Below, piece by piece: positions 17,461 through 26,321 of a stretch of 64,000 nucleotides of DNA; the first letter of the stretch is position 1, and each line of letters begins with the position of its first letter. The notes below the pieces were generated by a model. It saw only the letters and a list, made by a program, of their open reading frames with translations, was not told where the DNA came from and ran no database searches. Made by a program: the position numbers and the translations under genes. Source of the stretch: Candidatus Binatia bacterium. GTDB taxonomy: Bacteria > Desulfobacterota > Binatia > HRBIN30. Where the stretch lies: the NCBI GenBank assembly GCA_038245295.1, contig JBBRSP010000007.1, forward strand, positions 64,001-128,000, written 5' to 3'.

Positions 17461-19266
17461 TTGAGCGCGCCGGTCGCGCAGCCCGCACCGACGGGGTGGC
17501 TGTACCGCCTCGTCCCGGCTCTCGACTCGCTGCGCAACTACGGCGTCGTCGAGGCGCGTGCCGATCTGATTGCCGGCCTGACCGTCGCCGCGGTCGCCGT
17601 ACCGCAGGCCATGGCCTACGCCATCGTCGCCGGCTTGCCGGCGCAGTACGGGCTCTATACGGCGATTGTCATGACGGCAGTCGGCGCCGTGTTCGACTCG
17701 TCGCGCCAACTGATCAACGGCCCGACCAACGCCATCTCGATCGCCGTGCTCAGTGCCATCGCCGTCGTCGACCCGGAGCAGCGCGTTCAGGCGGCCGTGC
17801 TTCTCGCCTTCATGGTCGGCTGCATCCAACTCGGCATCACATTGTTCCGCCTCGGCGATCTGACACGCTACATCTCCCATTCGGTCATCGTCGGCTTCAC
17901 CCTCGGGGCCAGCGCTCTGCTGGTGCTCGATCAGATCAAGAACCTCCTCGGCATGGCTGCCGGCGGCGGGGCCCACGACCACTTCCTTTATCGCTTCTGG
18001 CTGACCATGAGCTCAGGCGGCGGTATCGAGCCGTATACGACCGTCATCGGACTCGGATCGATCGCGCTCGTTCTCGCCCTGCGTTGGCTCAAGGAAAAAC
18101 TCGACTGGCAGCTCCTGCCCGAGCTTCTGCTCGTGGTCGTCTTCATGGCCGTCGTCGTGGCTCAATTGGGGCTCGATCAGCGCGGCGTGAAAGTGGTCGG
18201 GGACATTCCCGCATCGCTACCGCCTTTCCAACTTCCCGGTTTCGACATCGAATTGATGCGGCGGCTGTCGACGGCAGCGCTGGCTCTCGCGGTGCTTGGT
18301 CTTCTCGAAGCAATCTCCATGGCAAAGGCGATCGCTGCACAGACACGGCAAACACTCGACATGAATCAGCAGTGCATGAGTGAAGGCCTGGCCAATTTCG
18401 CCGGCAGCTTCTTTCAGTGCATGCCGGGTTCGGGCTCGCTGACACGCTCAGCGATCAACCAGCAAGCCGGCGCCAAGACCCAATGGTCGGGCGTGGTGTC
18501 CGCCCTCGCCGTGGCACTCATCATGATGGTGTTTGCCCCCTACGCGAAGTTCATCCCGCGTTCGGCGCTCGCCGGCATCCTGATCCTGACGGCGTGGAAG
18601 ATGGTGGATCGCAAAACCCTCGCGTACCACTTGCGCACGACCCAGTTCGACGCCGCCATCGTCGCCGTCACCGCATTTTCCGCCGTCGCGATCTCGGTTG
18701 AGTTTTGCGTGCTCATCGGCGTCTTCATGTCGTTCATGCTGACGGTACCGCGCGCCGGCCGCATGTCGAGCACCGAGTTCGTCGTAACCGCCGGCGGTGG
18801 CATCCACGAACGGTTGCCGGAAGACGAAGTGTGCGGCCGCATCCTAATCTTCGGCCTGGAGGGCGAGCTGTTTTTCGGCGCCTCGTCGGCGCTCGAACGT
18901 CACTTCCGCCATTTCGAAGAACGCATCGACCCGAAGACGCGTGTTCTGGTGCTACGCATGAAGCGACTGCGCAACCCCGACGCCGTCGGCCTGACGCTGC
19001 TGGCAGGCTTCGTCGAGCGTATGAAGGCGCGCGGTGTCCACCTGGTCATCTGCGGTGTACGTCAAGGGTTCTACGAGACCATGAAGAAGGCAGGCTTCGT
19101 CGAATTGCTGGGCAACACCGAGGTCTTCCTCGAGCAACCGGTGCGCGAGACGAGCACGATGTTGGCCATCCGCCATGCCTACCAGCTCGTCGACGATCCC
19201 TGCGACACCTGCCCACGGCGTCATCGCCCCAGCGGCGAGGAGCAGACGCTGTACTACGCGATCTAG
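17461..19266 (+). CDS. SulP/SLC26 family anion transporter with STAS domain
   Basis: ADLIAGLTVAAVAVPQAMAYA, GPTNA, PGSGSLTRS, LEGELFFG. Confidence 0.93.
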   Translation: MSAPVAQPAPTGWLYRLVPALDSLRNYGVVEARADLIAGLTVAAVAVPQAMAYAIVAGLPAQYGLYTAIVMTAVGAVFDSSRQLINGPTNAISIAVLSAIAVVDPEQRVQAAVLLAFMVGCIQLGITLFRLGDLTRYISHSVIVGFTLGASALLVLDQIKNLLGMAAGGGAHDHFLYRFWLTMSSGGGIEPYTTVIGLGSIALVLALRWLKEKLDWQLLPELLLVVVFMAVVVAQLGLDQRGVKVVGDIPASLPPFQLPGFDIELMRRLSTAALALAVLGLLEAISMAKAIAAQTRQTLDMNQQCMSEGLANFAGSFFQCMPGSGSLTRSAINQQAGAKTQWSGVVSALAVALIMMVFAPYAKFIPRSALAGILILTAWKMVDRKTLAYHLRTTQFDAAIVAVTAFSAVAISVEFCVLIGVFMSFMLTVPRAGRMSSTEFVVTAGGGIHERLPEDEVCGRILIFGLEGELFFGASSALERHFRHFEERIDPKTRVLVLRMKRLRNPDAVGLTLLAGFVERMKARGVHLVICGVRQGFYETMKKAGFVELLGNTEVFLEQPVRETSTMLAIRHAYQLVDDPCDTCPRRHRPSGEEQTLYYAI

Positions 19267-19277
19267 GCTTCCGCGGG

Positions 19278-19352
19278 CACGGGCACGGGTTCTTCGACTC
19301 CGGTTCGAGGTGCGGCCATCGCTCCAGCCTTGCCGTTGCCTGTGCCCTCGCC
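19278..19352. repeat. Hexamer (GGGCAC/GTGCCC) inverted repeat patch
   Basis: GGGCACGGGCACGGG...GCCTGTGCCCTCGCC; similar patch at ~55817-55885. Confidence 0.5.
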
Positions 19353-19382
19353 GGTTGGAATTGAGGTTGTTGCGATTCCCCG

Positions 19383-19967
19383 ATGGAACCCATAGGTCAA
19401 TGCAAGGTCATGTCGATCACGCAGGCATCTACGACGCGCGCTAGTGACGGAAGGCGCGAGAGTGTCGCTGCCATCCGAGCCAGCCTGTTGCCGCTGTTGC
19501 TGTGTCTCGCGCTTGGGTCGACGGTGGCCATGGCGGCGGATCTCCGCCGCATTACCCTGTCCGACGGCAGCGTCATCAACGGCGAGGTCTTGGAGATGAA
19601 AGACGACGTCTACATCATCCGCTCGGCGACCCTCGGCACGGTACGGTTGAGCAGCGCCCAGGTGCGTGGCATCGACACGATGGAAGCGATCCCCGCACCA
19701 GCCGCAATCACCGGCACCAGCGGCGTGCGCAAGGCGCGCGGCGAAGCGGTCGAGGGCATCGCCGAGCGTCTCGGCAACGATCCCAGCACGATGGAGCTGA
19801 TCACCAAGCTGCAAGAGGATCCGAAGATTCAGGACATCCTCAACGATCCGGAGATCATGAACGCCGTGCAGTCCGGCGATCCCGCCGCACTCGAAGACAA
19901 CCCGAAGATCCGCGATCTGATGAATCATCCGGCCGTCGAGGAGATCAACAAGAAGATGGTGCAGTAG
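19383..19967 (+). CDS. Exported hypothetical protein with C-terminal STI1/DP-like repeats
   Basis: Signal peptide ending AMAA; ITLSDGSVINGEV domain; LQEDPKIQDILNDPEIMNAVQSGDPAALEDNPKIRDLMNHP. Start uncertain. Confidence 0.7.
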   Translation: MEPIGQCKVMSITQASTTRASDGRRESVAAIRASLLPLLLCLALGSTVAMAADLRRITLSDGSVINGEVLEMKDDVYIIRSATLGTVRLSSAQVRGIDTMEAIPAPAAITGTSGVRKARGEAVEGIAERLGNDPSTMELITKLQEDPKIQDILNDPEIMNAVQSGDPAALEDNPKIRDLMNHPAVEEINKKMVQ

Positions 19968-20032
19968 CACTGGCTCGCGCGACGGCGCTCGGGGGGCGCG
20001 TTGCGCTCAAGTCCATCGTCGCATCAAGCGCA

Positions 20033-23000
20033 TCAATCGGGAGCAGCATGGAAAACCTCATGCCGCGTCGCGCCGGCCAACACCGCATCGGCAGCAAAGC
20101 GCAGCGGGTACGCCTCATTCGCCAGCCACAACGCCGCCTGGTCGTCAAAGTTCGGCGAATCGGTGAGGCCGGACTGGCCACCGGGGATGATATTGAGGCC
20201 GCTGACCTCGCCGTGGCGTAGGCCAAACACCATACGCATCACCGGGCCGCTACCGTGGGTGAAGTCGGTGCCCGAGAACCCCGGGTTGGCGGCGTCGACA
20301 TTCCACTGATCTCCCGGACGCGGAAACCAGCGGAGGCCAATGCGCGGATCGCCCGGCGGCAGGCTGGGCGCCAACGGTAGTTTTGACGTATCGATATTGA
20401 ACGGCTGCGTGAAGATCGCAAAGTTGGGATCGTTGCCGAGGAACGGTGCCAGCAACGACTCGAACTTGGCCTGATGTCGCAACCCCCAGAGCCAGGTGTT
20501 CATGTCGGTCGTCCCGAAGCCGCCACGATCCGCGGCCAACGGCGCCGAGCGCAAGAAGTGCAGCGCGTCGACGAGCGCTTGCATCATGAGCTCGCGACTC
20601 GTTTCAACCTCCGGCGTTCCGAGGCGATCGAAGAACACCGACTCACCGGTCTCGGGATTGTGCGAAGCGAACTTCGCGTCGGGCCGTCCGCGCGCCAGCA
20701 GGAAGCGGGCGATCAAGCTCACTCGCTGCTGATCGCCGTTTCCGAACAGACCGCCGTCAATTCCTTCGTCGTCCCAGACGCTGTGCAGGAAGCGACTCAT
20801 CCAGGCGTGGAAGATCATCGTAACTACGGCGTCGTCGAGCTCGTGCGGCACCACGGTGTGGTAGAAGGTCTGCACACCGGAGGCGGAATCGTAGCCGCGA
20901 TCGAACCATCCGAGGAAGCGCTGCTCGACCTCGTCAATCGCCGGCGCCTCGCTGCGATAGAGCGCCTCCAGTCGCTGCTCCCACGGCTGCAAAATACGAT
21001 CGACGACCGACAGCGAGCGCGCGTAGCCGATGGCTTCAACCAGGTAGGGAGCAAACGTCTCACCGAGGCGCGAGCGATGGCTCGCCTGCAACGCCGCCAT
21101 GCTGGCAACATCGCCGTTGCCATCGTGGACGGTACGACTCAACGCCTCGTCGATCGTCGAGGCCCGGAATCCGGTATCCCACGGCCCGCCGATATGCCAC
21201 GGATCGTTATTGAGATTGCCATCGAAGGCAATGCGCGCCGGGTCGTTGTTGGAGCTCAGCAAGTAGCCACGGCTCGGCGTGATCGACTGCGGCGTCGAAT
21301 CGAATGGCACGAGGCAGCGCTGCGGATCACCGCCGGAGGCTGCTTCGTCGACCAGACCATTCGTCATCGGCACTTCGAACCCACCGTACAGCGTGCCATC
21401 AAGCAGCAGCGTTGGATCGGCTCCAACGACGTAGTCGCCGTTGGCCTGGCGCGGCAGGTACCCGCGGCACGGCACGGCATGATAGCTCGTATACAGGATC
21501 CCACCCTGATCATCGCCGGCAATGATGTTCTGCGAATAACCGACAAGCTTGCGGGCATGTTGCCGGAACTCCTCGATGTTGGCCGAGTGGCCAAAACCTT
21601 CGGCGCCCGCCAGCAGCTGACCGATGTCGAACGCCGTATAGTCGAAACTGATGCCGCTGATCGCACCGTCGCCATTGGTATCGCTCGGCACAACCAGACC
21701 GCTCATCGTGTAGACCGCGCTCTCGCCCGGACCGAGAGCACCATCCGGCGTCGTCGGACGGCCTTCGATCGCCGCGAGGAAACGGCCGTCAAACAGCTGA
21801 AAACGCGGATGCGACTCGGTGCGACCGTGACTATCGAGGGCCGGGACATCGCGGATGACGAACGTCTCGTCGATGCGCGTCACCGGCCGCATCTCGCCTT
21901 TGAACAACGACGCCGCCGGCAGGCCGTTGGCGTCAAGTTGCAACTGTTCCTGGTACCAATCGGTGATGTCGGCGTTCAACTGCGTCTGACTCCACGCGAC
22001 GTTGCCATTGGTGCCGACCGGCATGATGAAGAAACCCGGAATGACCAGTCCGAGCTGATGCGTCGTGCCGCCGCCGAGCAGCGTATCGTCAAGACCGATC
22101 TGGAAGAAGATCGAAGGAATGTCGAGGCCGAGATGTCCATCGCCGGCAACCAGCGTCGTGCCATCGGCGGTATGGGCGCCGGCAACAGCCCACACGTTGG
22201 AGCCGAAGCCTTCGACCCGTCCAAGGCGCTCTTCGATGGCATCGAGACGCGGGCTAAGTCGATCGAGGAGCGGGGCACCCGCCGCAGCGCCTCGACGGTC
22301 GTGTTCGGACGCAACGCTGCGCAGCGGAGATGCCGCGGCGGGGAGCTGGGCACCCGGGACCTGATCAGGGGTCGGACCTGCCGTGAATGTGTCGCCGCGT
22401 TCGACGCCGAATCCAGGAGCCGACGCCACTTCTTCGAAAGGGGCGATGCCGCCGGGGACGTCGGTGCGCAGGCCTGCGTCTCGCAGCTGCTCAAACGCGG
22501 CGCCAGCGAAGTGGCGGTCGATGGTGGCTTGGGCTCGAGCGTTGCCGACGTCGCCGGTCTCGTAGCTGCTCTGGTAGACGATCACCGCGAGGATGCCGGC
22601 GACATCGCGGCGCGTGAACGGCTCCATGAGATCACGCGGGTTGGAGACGCCGAGCAGCGGGCCCGCCAGACGCAACTCGCTCGGCACCGGCAACTTCCGC
22701 GCTTTCACCTGCGTGATGTAGGCGTTGACACCGGCAACAAAGGCGTCGGCTAACTCAGCCTGCTCGCTGCTCATACCGTTGGCGATGCGATCGGCGACAT
22801 AGGTCATGCCGGTGAGGCGCGAGTCGATATCGTTGTCGAGAGCCTGGGCGCCGATCAGTTCAGTGACACGACCGAGCCCGAGACGACGCGTCAGGTCCAT
22901 CATGAAGTAACGATCACGCGCCACAACAAAGCCGTGAGCGAAGGACAGGTCGCGGCGAGTGCTCGCATAGATGTGGGGCACGTTGCCCTCGGTGCGCAAG

Positions 23001-23293
23001 ACGTGGACGTCGCCGTTGATTCCGGGGATGGTCCAGGTTTCGTCGACAGGCCGCTGGACAAGGCGCTGTGCCGCCGAAAGTGTTGCGGTCGGCGTCGGCG
23101 GGCTGGTGTTGGTTGGCAGCAGCGAAGCTGTGGACGTCGGGGACGGGGTGGATGAGGCTGTGGACGTTGGCGCTGGCGGGGGCAGCGTGGCGCTTGGGGT
23201 CGCCGCCGCCGTCGAGCCTCCAGAGTCCCCGTCACCACAGCCAACGGCAAGGCTCAGTGCCGGCAACAACAGCAGGCGAATTACCAAGCGCAT
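20033..23293 (-). CDS. Penicillin acylase family (Ntn-hydrolase, peptidase S45) lipoprotein
   Basis: Lipobox AVGC, PT linker, VPHIYAS, AHGFVVARDRYFMMD, catalytic GSNVWAV, AGDGHL, PGGQSG. Confidence 0.9.
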   Translation of the reverse strand: MRLVIRLLLLPALSLAVGCGDGDSGGSTAAATPSATLPPPAPTSTASSTPSPTSTASLLPTNTSPPTPTATLSAAQRLVQRPVDETWTIPGINGDVHVLRTEGNVPHIYASTRRDLSFAHGFVVARDRYFMMDLTRRLGLGRVTELIGAQALDNDIDSRLTGMTYVADRIANGMSSEQAELADAFVAGVNAYITQVKARKLPVPSELRLAGPLLGVSNPRDLMEPFTRRDVAGILAVIVYQSSYETGDVGNARAQATIDRHFAGAAFEQLRDAGLRTDVPGGIAPFEEVASAPGFGVERGDTFTAGPTPDQVPGAQLPAAASPLRSVASEHDRRGAAAGAPLLDRLSPRLDAIEERLGRVEGFGSNVWAVAGAHTADGTTLVAGDGHLGLDIPSIFFQIGLDDTLLGGGTTHQLGLVIPGFFIMPVGTNGNVAWSQTQLNADITDWYQEQLQLDANGLPAASLFKGEMRPVTRIDETFVIRDVPALDSHGRTESHPRFQLFDGRFLAAIEGRPTTPDGALGPGESAVYTMSGLVVPSDTNGDGAISGISFDYTAFDIGQLLAGAEGFGHSANIEEFRQHARKLVGYSQNIIAGDDQGGILYTSYHAVPCRGYLPRQANGDYVVGADPTLLLDGTLYGGFEVPMTNGLVDEAASGGDPQRCLVPFDSTPQSITPSRGYLLSSNNDPARIAFDGNLNNDPWHIGGPWDTGFRASTIDEALSRTVHDGNGDVASMAALQASHRSRLGETFAPYLVEAIGYARSLSVVDRILQPWEQRLEALYRSEAPAIDEVEQRFLGWFDRGYDSASGVQTFYHTVVPHELDDAVVTMIFHAWMSRFLHSVWDDEGIDGGLFGNGDQQRVSLIARFLLARGRPDAKFASHNPETGESVFFDRLGTPEVETSRELMMQALVDALHFLRSAPLAADRGGFGTTDMNTWLWGLRHQAKFESLLAPFLGNDPNFAIFTQPFNIDTSKLPLAPSLPPGDPRIGLRWFPRPGDQWNVDAANPGFSGTDFTHGSGPVMRMVFGLRHGEVSGLNIIPGGQSGLTDSPNFDDQAALWLANEAYPLRFAADAVLAGATRHEVFHAAPD

Positions 23294-23899
23294 CGTATTC
23301 CTCCCCAGTACGCCATGCTGCGGCATCTTCCCATGGCATCTTCTCCCAGCCCCCCACGCGTATCCGGTCGGTCAAAACTTCGCCAGCGGATTGTACAAAG
23401 GGTTCACGTACGGATCACAGAACGCAACGAAGGTCAGTGATCGCACTTCATCGGCGCCCGCCCCCCCCCCGACGCCATACGACCAAGACACCCTCCATGC
23501 GCTACCGCAAGCAGAACCGGGTCGTACGACGCACCAGGAAGCCCCAGGACGCGCTCCCAGGGCACGGGATGACCTTACCTACGCACACAAACTCAACGTT
23601 TTTAGGAAATCAGACGATCGAGAGCTTGAAATGATTGAGAATTTTCGACATTCGCTCCGGCGCGCGGCCGGCATTCGGGAGCCGGCTTACCGAAGAGAGG
23701 ATTATCGGCCTCGGCGACACCATCCCAACACCGGGGGCGCGCTGGCGTAGTCGAGGAGCGCATCCACAGCGCCACGGCTGATCACATCGGCGGTCCATGC
23801 CTCAAAATCGGCGGCCCACGGCCGGATGGGCCTTCTCTATCTGGTGCATCCTCTGCATGCCACCTTGCGGATCCGCCGAACCCGCCGTAGGAAGCCACG

Positions 23900-25090
23900 A
23901 TGTCGCCCCTCAGCTTCGACCCCACCGACCTGGCTCACGCCGCGGATCCCTATCCACTCCTCGCCGAGGTACGGCGCGCCGCGCCGGTGCTGCGGTTGGC
24001 CAACGGGTTCTGGGCGGTGACCGGCTACGACGCGGCGATGGAAGTCTTTCGCCAACGTGCCTTCGCTTCCGGACCGATCGCCGGGCGCTACGTCAACTCC
24101 CTGCCGCCGGGCGCGGCGCGCGACGAAATGAGTCACCGAATCAATTTCCTCGATCCGCCGGATCACACGCGTGTACGCGGACTCGTCGCGAAAGCATTCA
24201 CGCCGCGGCGTGTCGCCGATCTGGTGCCGTGGATTGAGGCCACGGCGACGCGTTTGCTCGACGATCTCGCGGCAAGCAAAGAGTTCGACCTGCTGCAGTG
24301 CTTCGCCCATCAATTGCCCTCGCTGGTGATCTCCGAGATGCTCGGTGTGCCGAGTGCTGATCGCCATCAGCTGACGGCGTGGAGCGACGCTGTCGCCCCG
24401 TTGCTCGGCCTGACGCTGTCGGACGACGATCGTCAACACGCCGTTGCCGCCGCCGAGGAGTTCCACGCCTACTTGAGCTCGTTGCTGGACGAGCGCCGTC
24501 GCCATCCCGGTGAAGATCTGTTGTCGGCGTTGTTGGCCGCCGAAGAAAACGGCGAGCGCCTGAATCGCGTCGAGCTGTTGTCGTTGGCAGCAACGCTCTA
24601 CTCGGCCGGCCATCGCACCACGCGTGATCTATTCACCAACGGCATGTCGGTTCTGCTGACCCACGACGGCTACTTCGGCAACGTCGTTGCCGGGCGCTGG
24701 ACGTGCGAAGCTGTCGTCGCCGAATTCCTGCGCTACGAAACACCGACGTTGTTCGTGGTGCGTATTCCTCTGGAGGTCGTCACCATCGCCGGAGTCGAGG
24801 TCGGCGCCTTCGAACCAACCTTAATCTTCCTCTCCGCCGCCAATCGCGATCCCTATGCCTTCCCCGAACCGGACGCGTTCACACCCGGGCGCGACGGCCC
24901 CCCTGCCCTATCGTTTGCCTACGGCGCCCACTATTGCCTCGGCGCTTCGTTGGCACGCACCGAAGCCGAAATCATGTTGAAGACTCTCACCCGACATTGC
25001 CCGACGCTGCACCGGGCACCCGGCCATGCGCTCCGGTGGCATCAACGCGGGCCGTTCCGCGGTCTCGACGAGCTCGTCGTACGGCGCTGA
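23900..25090 (+). CDS. Cytochrome P450
   Basis: LDPPDHTRVR, ExxR (EFLR), AANRDP, haem ligand FAYGAHYCLG; I-helix reads AGHRTT. Confidence 0.95.
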   Translation: MSPLSFDPTDLAHAADPYPLLAEVRRAAPVLRLANGFWAVTGYDAAMEVFRQRAFASGPIAGRYVNSLPPGAARDEMSHRINFLDPPDHTRVRGLVAKAFTPRRVADLVPWIEATATRLLDDLAASKEFDLLQCFAHQLPSLVISEMLGVPSADRHQLTAWSDAVAPLLGLTLSDDDRQHAVAAAEEFHAYLSSLLDERRRHPGEDLLSALLAAEENGERLNRVELLSLAATLYSAGHRTTRDLFTNGMSVLLTHDGYFGNVVAGRWTCEAVVAEFLRYETPTLFVVRIPLEVVTIAGVEVGAFEPTLIFLSAANRDPYAFPEPDAFTPGRDGPPALSFAYGAHYCLGASLARTEAEIMLKTLTRHCPTLHRAPGHALRWHQRGPFRGLDELVVRR

Positions 25091-25253
25091 AATCCGGAAC
25101 CAGGGAGACGATCGGTGAAGCTCACGTGGCACGAGACGCGGTGCGCGACACGGATTGCTCTGGAAACGTGAGGCAAGATGTTGAAAGGCCGCTCCAGGGT
25201 GCCCGCTGACAAGACGAAACCCTAGCGCGCCACGCTAAAGAGTTTGCCGCCCT

Positions 25254-26321
25254 ATGAAGATCTTCCACTGCGAACATTGCCAACACCTGGTCTTCTTCGA
25301 GAACACCCATTGTCTGAAGTGTGAGCACTCGCTCGCCTATTTGCCGGATATCAGCGCCATGGCAGCCCTCGAGCAAAGTGCCGGACTGTGGCGCCGACCG
25401 CGTTCCGGCGATCCCGGGCCTCTTTATCGCCTGTGCGCCAACTATGCGCAGGAGGACGTTTGCAACTGGGCCTTGCCCGCCGCTTCGACGGAAGCGCTGT
25501 GCCCGTCGTGTCGACTGACTCGAGTGATCCCGGATCTCGACCCGCCCGGGCATCGCGCCGCATGGTACCGTCTCGAAACGGCCAAGCGGCGTCTAGTCTA
25601 CAGTCTTCTGCAGCTGGGCCTGCCGATCCGCAACAGGCAAGACGACCCGCAGAACGGCTTGGCATTCGAGTTTCTCGCCGATGCGCCGGACGGTAGCCGA
25701 GTGCTGACCGGCCACGACGACGGCGTCATCACGATCAACATCGCCGAGGCGGACGATGCCGAACGCGAGAAGCGCCGCCTAGCGCTGCACGAACCCTACC
25801 GCACACTGCTCGGCCATTTCCGCCATGAGGTCGGCCACTACTATTGGGACCAACTCCTGGCGCGAGGCTCGCGCCTCGAGGGCTTCCGCCGTCTATTTGG
25901 CGATGAGCGGGCGGACTACGCTGCGGCGCTTCAACGCCACTATCAGGACGGCGCCGCACCGGACTGGCAACAGCGCTACCTCAGCACATACGCGAGTGCG
26001 CATCCGTGGGAAGATTGGGCCGAGACCTGGGCGCATTACCTTCACATGACCGACACTCTCGAAACGGCTGCCGCAAGTGGTTTGTCCTTGCGCCCACGGC
26101 GCCCTGACGAACCGTCGCTGCAACCCGATCGACGCACGTCGCTATCGAGAACACCCTTCGCCACAATGATGGAAGACTGGTTCTCGCTCACCTACATTCT
26201 CAACAACCTCAACCGCGGCCTTGGCCTACCGGATGGTTATCCCTTCGTCCTTCCCGGACCGGCGATCGACAAACTACAGTTCGTGCACGACACGATCATC
26301 GCTGCCAACGGCCCCGCCTGA
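25254..26321 (+). CDS. Putative zinc-binding metallopeptidase with N-terminal zinc ribbon
   Basis: CEHC...CLKC, CANY...CNW...CPSC, EPYRTLLGHFRHEVGHYYW, HPWEDWAETWAHY. Confidence 0.88.
   Translation: MKIFHCEHCQHLVFFENTHCLKCEHSLAYLPDISAMAALEQSAGLWRRPRSGDPGPLYRLCANYAQEDVCNWALPAASTEALCPSCRLTRVIPDLDPPGHRAAWYRLETAKRRLVYSLLQLGLPIRNRQDDPQNGLAFEFLADAPDGSRVLTGHDDGVITINIAEADDAEREKRRLALHEPYRTLLGHFRHEVGHYYWDQLLARGSRLEGFRRLFGDERADYAAALQRHYQDGAAPDWQQRYLSTYASAHPWEDWAETWAHYLHMTDTLETAAASGLSLRPRRPDEPSLQPDRRTSLSRTPFATMMEDWFSLTYILNNLNRGLGLPDGYPFVLPGPAIDKLQFVHDTIIAANGPA

Noticed and set aside
19288..19318. GGTTCTTCGACTCCGGTTCGAGGTGCGGCCA resembles a tRNA T-arm and CCA end
   Set aside because: No acceptor stem, D-arm or anticodon arm can be formed; it lies inside a hexamer-repeat patch.
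20474..22753. 759-aa plus-strand ORF
   Set aside because: Antisense shadow of the penicillin acylase gene, with no motifs; expected in high-GC DNA.
23401..23416. GGTTCACGTACGGATC resembles the start of the 17344-17360 repeat copy
   Set aside because: Similarity is limited to ~15 bp and the hairpin body is absent.
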